Source: Pecten maximus (taxonomy: Eukaryota). Taken from it: a DNA stretch of 64,000 nucleotides. A model generated the notes under the pieces. That model made no database searches, had not been told where the DNA came from, and saw nothing but the letters and a program-made list of their open reading frames with translations. The position numbers and the translations under genes are program-made. The DNA lies in NCBI RefSeq assembly GCF_902652985.1, contig NC_047019.1, positions 43,400,001-43,464,000 on the forward strand. The letters are read 5' to 3'. Below are positions 14,391 to 26,005 of this stretch, piece after piece (the first letter of the stretch is position 1; each line of letters opens with the position of its first letter).

Positions 14391-14547
14391 GGTTAAAGGT
14401 ATTAACCAACTGCGGGTCGTCGATGCCTCTGTTTTACCGACACCTCTATCCGGCGCAACGTACGCACCCGTTGTCATGGTAGCAGAAAAAGCAGCAGATA
14501 TCATCAAAAAGACATACCAAAGGCGACATAAACGCCGGCCTAGCTGA
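14391..14547 (+). pseudogene. Duplicated terminal exon of the GMC gene (identical peptide, intact acceptor)
   Basis: Copy of 7308-7464 at offset 7083 with tttccAG acceptor; one synonymous change seen (gcc/gca). Confidence 0.88.
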
Positions 14548-15065
14548 TAAAAAAACGGAAGTTATCTGTTCTGTCGTCGTCATATCACAAATACTATGTT
14601 ATATTAACACTTCATCTCACTTTGTGGTGTGAATGGATCAGTTATCACCAAGGATATGAATGACGTCATATTGTTAAATACTTAAATGTTTGTTGACTTG
14701 TGTTATATATTAGGATGAAGCTGTTCATTAGTTACCCCTTGTATGCCGATAATGGTGTTGTTTATCGATTACCCATTGTTTGTCGATTGTGATGTTGTTT
14801 ATCGATTATCCATTGTATGTCGATGATGATGTTGTTTATCGATTAACCATTGTATGTCGATAATTATGTTATTTATCGATTAACCATTGTATGTCGATAA
14901 TTATGTTATTGATCGATTAACCATTGTATGTCGATGATGATGTTGTTTATCGATACCCTTTGTATGTCGGTAATGATGCTATTTATCAGTTTAATATTTT
15001 TGTTGATATTTTATTTCCTGTTGATCAAGTATACTGTGGTTCTCGTGCTACACAATGGCTGAACA

Positions 15066-16419
15066 ATAACTGGGATTCAACACATTTGTCATCTTGTTTT
15101 TAGTTTTGTTTTCCATAAGTATTTATACTTAAGGTATCTTGTTGTACGCTGTCCTACTGTCATAACGTCATATACACTCTTTGCTTGCCAATTGTGAATA
15201 CTTTCACGACGATGATATAGTGCGTCTCCGCTGACATGTGGACACTCTTCCTGGATAACGATATCGTTGTATGTATTACCTTGTTAGTACATGTATGTCA
15301 CCAATAGTGTAATGTTATTAATCAGGGTCGATAATGGGGCGATACATAGCTTTTAATCTCCATTATTTACCGATAATGGGTTAATACAGGTGCCCTGTTC
15401 CTCGTTTATATCGGTTTGCTACATAGCTTATTATCGATGATGGTGCTACACACGTGGTCTGCGCCTCGTTGTCGATAATGGTGTGATACAACGCTACCGA
15501 TAATGGTGTGAAGCATAATCATTATCTCCCTTTTTAATCAATGATGGTGTCATGCACGTGCTCTACCCAACGTTATCGTTAATGGTCTAATACAATACCC
15601 CGCCCCTCGTTTGTTTTTTGTTGACACATGTGTGGTACTGTATTATCTCCCTTATTTGACGGACTATCTATATATGTCTTTCATTGATTGTCGATAAGAA
15701 AGCTGTAGTACATTGAATCGTCAAGATCAATTTGTGTGAAACATAACTGGGATTCAACACATTTGTCATCTTGTTTTTACTTTTGTTTTCCATAAGTATT
15801 TATACTTAAGGTATCTTGTTGTACGCTGTCCTACTGTCATAACGTCATATACACTCTTTGCTTGCCAATTGTGAATACTTTCACGACGATGATATAGTGC
15901 GTCTCCGCTGACATGTGGACACTCTTCCTGGATAACGATATCGTTGTATGTATTACCTTGTTAGTACATGTATGTCACCAATAGTGTAATGTTATTAATC
16001 AGGGTCGATCATGGGGCGATACATAGCTTTTAATCTCCATTATTTACCGATAATGGGTTAATACAGGTGCCCTGTTCCTCGTTTATATCGGTTTGCTACA
16101 TAGCTTATTATCGATGATGGTGCTACACACGTGGTCTGCGCCTCGTTGTCGATAATGGTGTGATACAACGCTACCGATAATGGTGTGAAGCATAATCATT
16201 ATCTCCCTTTTTAATCAATGATGGTGTCATGCACGTGCTCTACCCAACGTTATCGTTAATGGTCTAATACAATACCCCGCCCCTCGTTTGTTTTTTGTTG
16301 ACACATGTGTGGTACTGTATTATCTCCCTTATTTGACGGACTATCTATATATGTCTTTCATTGATTGTCGATAAGAAAGCTGTAGTACATTGAATCGTCA
16401 AGATCAATTTGTGTGAAAC
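15066..16419. repeat. 677 bp head-to-tail duplication present only in unit B
   Basis: 15066-15742 repeated at 15743-16419; single copy in unit A (~8132-8808). Confidence 0.92.
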
Positions 16420-19075
16420 AGTTGTTTTTTTATCTGTTGATAGATGGTACTGTACTGCATATCTTATGGTTCTGTTTGTAGAAAACTTATCCGTCTCAAT
16501 ATTGTCCCTTATTGGTTGGTACCAGCATCAAAGGAAAATTCTAACTACGATGAAGTTGACAGAGTTTTCCTGATTTAACTGAGACTGTTTCTGGTAGGAT
16601 GTATTCCAGTTTTTGCGTGTATATAGCATAAGTTTCGCTCACTTGTCTACGTAAAAACATGTATATGACAATGTGATCTCAGTGCGTGACGTAGTGTGAT
16701 TTCGTTATGCTTTTAATCATTGTTAGATAAATGCTTAGTGAACTGTAAAAAAAATACGTTCGTTAAATACTTTCGTTGTGTGTAATATATAGAAACAATG
16801 CTCATATTCTTGGATTGTAAAAGCTCTGTTTCAAGTATAGAAACCACAAAACCAACAGTCGTGTCCAAACTGAAAACAGAATTTCGATATGATGATCAAA
16901 TTTCGATTGAATAATATATGAAAAATTGATTTATATACAATTATTTTGAAGAAAAATGCACACGAGTTGTAAATTATCAACATCATATTCAGTCATTTTT
17001 AACTCATTTCGCCTTGACGTTGAAAAAAAACCCAATCATATTTGGAAATCTTGCCTTCGCTATCTTCCGTTTGATGACTGTTTCCACTGGGTATATTTAC
17101 AAACAGGATGTCGTTTAAACTGATATCGGTACCCCTGTTGTAATCGCAGAGAGACGAGTTATTACAGAACTATTAAGTTATTCATATTCGTTAGAGTTAC
17201 TTCCCTTCGCCTGGCATAAAAGTATTTGTATAATCAGGGAGGATAGACCTAGGTAATTTCTTTTTCAACTTTTGTAATTATATTAAATTACTCAAATTCC
17301 GGGTAAATGAATGGTATACCGCTAAATGTGTTGTTTAATAGTTGAATTAAAAAAAAAAAAAAAAAAAAATAGAGCCGGCGGTGAATCTTGACCTTAAATG
17401 GTTCACTGTAATCATCCCGAGTCATTCGGTTTAAACATTAGCCTAGAGTAGAATAACCTGTTGACTGGCCTTTTATCAATAGTTAGTGTGCCCAGGTGTG
17501 TGGAAGAGGCTTGTATTGAATGATTTATAAGGGAGTGTCGGTATCGGCGATGATAATAACGGACGTAAAGAGTTAGTACAGTAGAAGGTCCTAAAATTAG
17601 CCTTGACCTGTGTGGACAGTTTATAGTACTATTGTGCAATGTTATTTTTAGAATAAATTGTGTTAAACTATTAAGTGTGTTAGAGTCGTTTAATTACACC
17701 AAGTCACTTGCCTGTATATGTATCAAATTACACCTCTTGCTAACGCCGCATTTTCTATTCGAAAACCTCCTTACACTTTACGGAATTTATCAACTGTATA
17801 TGACGTTGAAAAACAGCCTATATTACTTTCATAGAAATGCTACATCTGACATTCGCCAAAGCATCCTATTATTCCAAGAAACATCAAAATGTCTGTCATA
17901 AAAACATTTTGTGTCATTGATTTCCGTCCTGTGTAGAATGCAGTATCAATGCAGGAAACAGAATAATACGAGTATTTGACTATTTATTCCCTTTCAAAGT
18001 CTGTTGTTAGTAGGTAGGTTGAGAATTTGTTTATCATTTTGATATTTACTCTTATGGGTTCTAGTTTTTGTTTTCACTATATAAGAAGGATAATGCAGAT
18101 TTCACACATTCAGTCATGAAGAACGAACAAATCACTGCCAGCCAGGACATTTACTCAGTATTATCTTTATTTCCATATAATTCAAATACAATATATCAAA
18201 CAAAACTTACAAAACTGTAACAACCACATTATTCTACATAGTAGTGATCACAATACTCAGATTAACACAAGGCAACAAAATATTACAATATATAGAACGA
18301 TGAGTATTCTTAGAGATTCAGGTGATTTTGTTACATGTTTATATGACAACGCTAAGTTGTTACAATAACAATTACTGACTCTGCGGACCAATCTATTATT
18401 AATCCACTTCAGATAGACTGAGCAATGAGCGAATTAATGTTCCATCCACGTAATCACCGTTGGATTTCACTTTATGTTGACCGTCTATCCGATACCTATT
18501 ATAAGTGATATGGTTAATAAAATATGAATGACCTCTGATGAGTATACATTTATAACAACAGAGATCATTGATATGCCGTAAGATATTGCAGCGGATCTGT
18601 ATTCACGTGTTACTCCTGTCGTTTAACAGGTCATCCCCAAGTGAAAAGTATCTTGTTAATGGGGAAATGCATTAATAGTTCTGTTATATCTTCATAATAT
18701 CAATCAGAAATACTAACCTGACGAAGGAATAAACTTGTTATGTATAACGACAAATACACAATACATTTTTAGAAAAAGTAGTTGTGAAAAACGTTATATT
18801 TACGATTCACCATTAAAAATCCTCGACACATTTCTTCTTTGCCCTTTCATGCAACACTGGTAGTTACACATGAGCATTATGTATATTGTTACCATTTGTG
18901 AAACTAAACAGGTCTTTCTTTCCAATAATTGATCAATATTTTACTATAATCCTTTTCATCACTGCTTCATTCAGATAATGACGATTCGTTATCTCACTCC
19001 AAAATGTGGTCATGTTCAGTAATTATATCATAGTTCTTATACAAATTACATAAACATGTTCTTATTATCATATTA

Positions 19076-22000
19076 TCAGAACTTAGTAGTCTCCCGATTT
19101 GCCGTTGGATATTTCCGTTGGAGATCTCCGTTGGAGTGTTCCTGGTATGGGGGACATTGCATGTTTACATTACAAGCAGTTTCTCTTTTCTGATGTTTGG
19201 GGAACACATCTTCAACGCAACAGAGATTTTCTACCTGTTTGTCTGTGTTTATATTTGGCGACACCTTTCGCCCAGGTTTTCTCTTGACATCCTCGTCCAG
19301 TGACCCGTTCGCGTATTCATAGGCTGTGAGGAACGTGCTGACAAATACTGGTATGATGAGGGAAAATAACACAACGCCTGATAGAGCACAGATACAGCCA
19401 ATCAACTTTCCCAACACCGTCTTCGGTACCATATCTCCATATCCTACCGTTGTCATGGTTACGATACTCCACCACCAAGCCGCGGGAATACTGGGAAAAT
19501 CCGATTTCTTTTCAACAAAGTAGATGAAGTTTGAGAAAATGCACATTGTTACCATGACGTACATGACTAGAACGCAAATGTCTTTCATACCAGTAACAAG
19601 GGAATAACGAAGGACCTTAAATGCTTTGATATGTTCTATTGTCCTGAAGAGACGAAATACACGGAACATTTGTAAATAAAGGAGCAGGTCGTACACCACG
19701 GCCATAGTCTCCATAAAATCACTCCGTAAATCCAACAAAATTCTCCCGAAACTGCCAAGGAGAAGGATTAGGTCTAACCAGTTCAGCACGCCGCTGAGAA
19801 ACTCTTTTTTATACGGACATGTAATGAGTCTGAGGACGAATTCAACAGTAAAGAATGCTGTTATGACGTGTTCCATATAATGATAAACGATATATTCAAT
19901 GTGTTTTACGTTGTTACGTTTTAAAGATGATGTGAATGAAGATAATTTTTCTTTTGAAGTCAAAATCGTTTCCTTTAAAGCAGTAAAAATCCTCGCATTG
20001 ATAGAGTCATCACGTATTATTGTAAAGTTTTGTGATAATAGCGAACTGCTGTTTGTTTTACTATGATTTGCCCCTGGATTAATGTTACCACTAGACATTT
20101 CATTCGATGCTGGAATTGGCATTATCTGAACAGATCCCGAATGTAGAAGTGTTTGGTTTTTCTGATCCATGGGGTCGTCACTACCATAATCAGTATAATC
20201 AGCAGGCTTATTATCACCATAGTCCATGTAATCAGCAGGAGGGTCAACCATCTTAGCCACGTAAATTGGCAATGATTGCGTCACGAACGGACGACAACAT
20301 TTTGGTATGTGTAAGTAAACGTCTGTATTTCCTACTTTGTACTCGGTTCTTTTTGCAGTCGGCGATAGCCCCGGGCTTCCACGTGAAAGTAAACTACAAA
20401 TAGCGCAATCCACCTTGATAATCATAGGAGAAAACATCAACGGTTTTGGTGTCGTCGTTACGCAATTCATTGTTTTACTTGAAGGATCTGTATCCGTTGT
20501 TGGATTGACTCTCAGATCAGAGACTGGTGTCTGAGTCATGTCCATTGCCAATGCAGACATGTCCTTCTGGACGGTGTCCTGTTCATCGTTCATGCTAGTC
20601 AGAGCAAGATTGGCAATCATCAGCAGTACAAAGGTTGTCGACACATAGAAATACACCTGGAAATATATTTGTCAGACATCAATCCCTGGAGTTTATTTAT
20701 AAATATTACTTTGGTTTTCATATGCATAACATCTGATATAACTTTCATGACACCACACACTTGTCCGATTCCATTTGTATATGTATGTTTAAATCAAACC
20801 ACTTTTTGCAATTGAAATGTTGCAAGTTGCAATTGCCAATCTCGAATTTTTATGTTTGTGTTATTGTCGATACGGAATGACAAACGCGTCTCAAAAAGAT
20901 ATAAGTGATTTCCTCCGTGAAACACTTCATCGTAAACATGAGACTTCGAGTAAGTTTTGATTTCACGTAGATTTGGATTTCGATAATGCAAAATACTTTA
21001 ACGTAGTCAACAGTGTAGCGTATAGCCGGTTATTTTTGCCGATCAAAATTTTTGCGATTTTATTTAAAAAGATTTAAATTTTAAATCTAATTGAATAAAA
21101 AGATCTGGTTATAGGAAGATACTAATACATTATATTACAACAGGAAAGAACAATTATAATTGCCGAAATAACCTTTGATAATTAAAGGCGGCTAAGTCGG
21201 CTAAGGACTGCGTGCTATAACGATAGTCTTACACCGCTGTTTATTTCGCGGATACTAATTACCGAATGTCTGATTATTTCACAAATCAGATTTTCGCAAC
21301 TACATCAAAGCCCCGAGAAATAACGAATATATAATCCCTGCAAAAAACCCCCGGCTATATGGTAAATTGAAATCATGAGTTATACATCGTAAATAACGGG
21401 CCAACCTCAAATCACGACATATCAGCGATTGGACATGCAAATTAGACCGAAGGTGTGGGAAGCAGAGCACCAGATTAACATACATTGTACATATATACTG
21501 CAATACACATACCCGAAACCTCTGCTATGTTCTCAACACTTAAGTTTACAAATATCTGCACCAAATATATTTTGAATTACTGATAGAAATATCATCAAAT
21601 TTTCATATCGAATTTAAAAATGAATACAAATACTAAGTTTATGTGTATCATACTTCTTGATAATTAAATACACTTCCGTCTTCTATCATGTATTAATTAA
21701 TATGTATATGGTAGTAACAAAATTACTTTACAAAGTAACAACAGAGATAACATACCTTTGAACACGTTGACTTTCGATCACAGTTGACAATACCCCATAT
21801 TCGTTCCTTTGCGTTCACGTTTCGTCCAGCACTACTGTTTTCTGGTTTCTTGTGCATATTTTCGAACCCTTCGAGCATTTTCTGATCGTTCACGAAAGCA
21901 CAGAGCTTGTGATAGCAGCATTTTTCCAGCAGGCTATGATTTAGTCCCCAGAACTGCAGCTCTGTTAAAAACTCGCCCTTGCAGACACTCTGAGGAATAT

Positions 22001-22202
22001 GCAGCTGTCCGGTATAGCAGTATTCTACCAGAGCCATGGTAGAGTCTTTGGGCCGCCTAATAACGTATTTCGTGTATGCATCTGTCTGGGATGTTGTATC
22101 AAGGAACATTTCGATCTTTGACCCGAAAGTTTTGAGAACAGATTCCATGCGAACTACAAACTGATGAGCACCGATCTGGAGAATGCACTCTTTATAATCC
22201 AT
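19076..22202 (-). CDS. Kv-like channel copy 2 (divergent Shaw/Kv3-type, T1 + 6TM, ~675 aa)
   Basis: Exon 1 22202-21756 (149 aa T1 domain with H-x5-C-x20-CC: HIPQSVC..ELQFWG..CCY), phase-0 intron, exon 2 20656-19076 (S1 VYFYVSTTFVLL, S2 EHVITAFFTVEFVLR, S4 RVFRLFR, pore WWWSIVTMTTVGYGDMVP). An AG acceptor just before the ATG hints at an upstream exon. Confidence 0.92.
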
Positions 22203-23059
22203 ACTGTCAATGTTAATGGAAATCAAAACATAAAAGTATTTCTTTAGAGGATACTACCAAACGCACGTTTGACTGTTTCTGAGTATTGAAATCTAGTACA
22301 TTGTCGTCTATTAGCTATCTATATAGGCATCGATACAACATGTACATAGATAATTGTCCGGAGGCTGGCCTTAGACAACCGGGTACCATACCAAGACTGT
22401 TTAATAGTTCATTCGTATAGGACACTTTCAAGACTTAGATAATGCATTGATTATAGTCATGCATATTTAAATTTGCTTAATGACTTAAGCGTAGTTAGAT
22501 ATACTAATAGTGAACATCGAGGGATGAAATGTCCTGTTGGTGCTCCCGGTGGAAATTCAACATCCCATAATAGGTCCTGATATTAACAAATGGATCCAGA
22601 TATATACTGATTCCTTTTCACATATTCTGTTTTCGCTGTAAGGAATGTTGCTAGGACATAAGTTCTTATGCTCTTGGTTATCACAATGATCGTTTAAGTT
22701 CAATGTACATTGGCAACAAAAAAGACCGACATAATAAGGAAACTATTATCCAAACATATTTCTTTCCAAAAGACATGATGTCGACTATAACATTTCCCAT
22801 GGTCTTCACCAACCTCAACTCTCGAAACTTGTGTTGTTAATGTCATCGTCAGTTGTCGACATCTCTCAGGAAAATAGTGATAATAATAAATAATAAATAA
22901 TAACAGAGAATGGGAAAATGTGGAAACTAATTATATTAGTGAGAATACTAATAGTAAGATCATTACTTTTACCACAGCTAACATTTCAAATTGCTACGCT
23001 GCATATAGACAAAAAGACGGTTACAATTACATTTGAGATTGATAGGGAGAAAAAGTAAA

Positions 23060-23220
23060 AAGCTTTTTCAGGCACCCACTTTCAGCTCTATAAAATTGAC
23101 AATGAGACTCACGGCTGGCAAAAGTGAATAGATGCTGTAGGAGATTATGTTGAAGAATAGTACAATATGTCCGGCAAATCCTTCAATACGAGGCTCACAA
23201 CATATCAATCAGACCTCGTA
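23060..23220 (+). mobile_element. 3' end fragment of the same mariner family as 753-1858
   Basis: Ends tccttcaatacgaggctcacaacatatcaatcagacctcg+TA; also matches ~1750-1810 (gattatgtt..tgtccggcaaa). Confidence 0.85.
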
Positions 23221-23299
23221 AAATAATAAAAATCTGCTTAATACATGCCAAAGCATTATATATAAATGTAAAATAGGTTTCCATTTCAGATAAACATAC

Positions 23300-26005
23300 T
23301 GCTTTGAAGTTAGCAATAGCTAGATTACAGGGTTTGCTTAGTCGAAAGTTAAAATCATTAGACAAAAATAACATTTAGATACTGATGGAAATTAGCATGG
23401 TTCGTCTGTAACACTGACTCTGATAAATTTGGAATTTGCATTAAAAACATTTATCATATTGTACATATGTGTTAGACATATAACCACATTGCTATGCATT
23501 GGAAGAATGCAGTGTTGTAGCCATTTTTGCTCTGATGTTATCATATATTTACTTCTTTTAATCAAACATAAATATATATCTTTGCAACACTTTTCACGTT
23601 TTAATAAAATGTGAATATGACTGAGTATAAAATGTCTTTCTATAGTATTATCTCCCCCTATGTTTGAATTTAAATTTTGACAACTTTGTTTGATTGTACG
23701 ACATATACTTTCATAAAGTAGACAGTTTCCCTACCCAAATCGAGTTGTACCAAATAGGAAGATATAGAAATTCACTTGGAGTCTGCACCTTTGTTGCTTC
23801 TGAAATTTTAACCCATGCCTTCAAAACATGTTTCTAAAAGGTATTATTAGTTCTAAGATCTTTAATGAAATCAGTTCTTATGTCTGATAAATGATTTATT
23901 GGGAAGTGTTCGGTTCAAAAATATCTATCAAGCCCTTCTTATCATTTTGAAGTAGCGTTCTCATCCATGTAGACTTTAGACTAAGAAATTGTGAAATATT
24001 AATCATTTTGAGACCTCCATTGACATAGCTTTGAATTATAGTATTTGTTTTTATTTTGTCAACTGAAGATTGTCAAATGAAGTTGAAAAACAAAGTTTTT
24101 AGTTGTAGGTTTAGGTGTTGTCAGGAGTTTGAATGGATATAAACAAATGGTTAAATTTTGGTATTATGATTGAGTTCACAACTAATATCCTTCGAATAGG
24201 TGTCAGAATTCTTCTTTACCAATGGTTTAAACTATTTTTTTTTTATATTATTTAGTTTTATTGAGTAATTTAACATAACTATCTCATCTAGATTCACCGA
24301 AAAATCAACTCCAAGCAGAATAAAATGTTGCTTCTCCCCATTTGAGTTCCAATTTGAGTTTCGTTGAATGAGTTTCTAGATCCATCTAAAATTATTGAGG
24401 TGTCATCTGCAAACTGTGTGAGTTTATCATCTTTTCGATGTACTTTGATACCCTTGATGTTGTTATTATTTTTTTATGAGATTAGCAAGTATTTCAGCAA
24501 CAAGCAAAAAGAGATATGGGGAGACAGGATCCCCTTGTCGACAGTCCCTTTGTATGTTAAAGAATTTTGACAACATACAACAGCAGAAAAGTTTTATTAT
24601 ATAGGGTTTATATCCATCTTTTAATGCTTTCTCCAAAATTAAAAAAATAAATGACTTTATGTAGAAAATTCCATGAGACTGAATCAAATGCCCTTTCGAA
24701 ATCAATAAATAACAGAAGACCTGGTCTATTATTTAGTTCAGAGTCATTAATAATATCATTATATATAAGTCTAGTGTTTTCACCAATATGTCTTCCAATC
24801 CAGTTTGTGTTTTAGAAATAATACTGCTTCTGTTAATCCCCCCTCTAATTGTACTTTCTCATTGTCACTTAGTTTAACAAAATCAAAACCACTTAAAAGA
24901 TGATCCAGATCTACATTTTCGATCAGAATGATCTGCATATATTTTGATGGTTTTCCCCCTCATCTAGCGAAGTTACTTTAGATCGGATCATATATCCCTT
25001 CATCTGAGTTTTTCTAAGGTTTTCTAGTTTATTATTTTATTCTTCATATATTTCCTTTTTAGATACTCAAGCATTATTTTTTTTCTCTGCTATCTCTTTC
25101 CTTTTTTCTAAATGATGAATGTAAAATAGTTATTCCCCTGATCTCCATTAGCAATATTTCCAAAAATGTTGATCATCAACACTTAGTAAAGTTCAGAATC
25201 TGGTATATTTATGATGTCATTATTATAAACGGGAGAAGCATACTGTATTTCAATATTTCAATGTTTTTTTTATTGCATCCTTAAATTTTTGCACATATTC
25301 TGGTGACATAAAAGGTTGTTATTAAATTTCCATAAGCCTTTTTCTTTAACAAAAGAGTTATTATGGAATGATCTGATCTGTATCCAACATAAATGTTGGT
25401 CTTATCGATTATGTTTTTTAGGTTATCTGTGGTAAGGAAGAAATCTGATCTAGTTTGTTTGATATGATCTTCCCTTCTCCTTTCCCTATATCGTTTGCAG
25501 TTTGGATAAAAAAGTCTAAAATGATAAATCAAATTGTCAAATTATCAAGTTGTATACGTGCACTGGGGTTGTTTACATGTATGTAATTTCAGTATCCATG
25601 TCAGGTCTAAAACTAAATTGAAATATCTATATATGATACAGTTAGGATTATTGTAAATATTTATCGGTTCATAATTTGTTTTGGAAAAATCTACATCATC
25701 ACAATTTCGACGTGATAGATGCTGTAGATGTTAATTAGTGTGAACCTATTTTTTTTTCAATTCAAATATCAAGTGCTAAAATATTACCTTGACTCCCCTT
25801 GAGTAGTTTTTTTATACGAGTTGAAATAACATTTATATCCCCATTGCTCCAAAATTTCTTTTTCTAGGTCTTTTTTTTTTTAAATAGATGTCTTGGATAC
25901 TTACAATATTATAATCTTTATAATGAGTTTGAAAGAAATCAAAAACATTAGTTTTTTTCTCCTTTTAGCCTTATACTCTACTAGTTCCAGATACTATCTT
26001 AATAT
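23300..26005 (-). mobile_element. Decayed L1/Tx1-type non-LTR retrotransposon ORF2 (APE endonuclease + RT)
   Basis: Minus-strand peptide relics: NIVSIQD (~25900), TRSDFFL and GYRSDHS (25281-25532), IDFERAFDS (~24700), CRQGDPVSPYLFLLVAEIL (~24500), QFADDT (~24400); many stops and frameshifts; boundaries approximate. Confidence 0.85.

Larger units (their letters stand above)
7265..21929. repeat. Recent tandem segmental duplication: unit A 7265-14349, unit B 14348-21929
   Basis: Near-identical over ~7 kb, including GMC last exon, 3' flank, Kv exon 2, intron and the 3' part of Kv exon 1. Junction tttttccAGttatacatcc at 14341-14359. Confidence 0.93.

Noticed and set aside
14272-14547. Novel 91 aa chimeric protein across the duplication junction
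   Set aside because: It starts at GTG in antisense Kv sequence and reads through intron into the duplicated GMC exon; no promoter or ATG context supports it.
21723-22226. Stand-alone KCTD/BTB genes (also 30110-30595 and 41055-41576)
   Set aside because: Each has a GTATGT donor after STCSK and is exon 1 of the adjacent channel gene.
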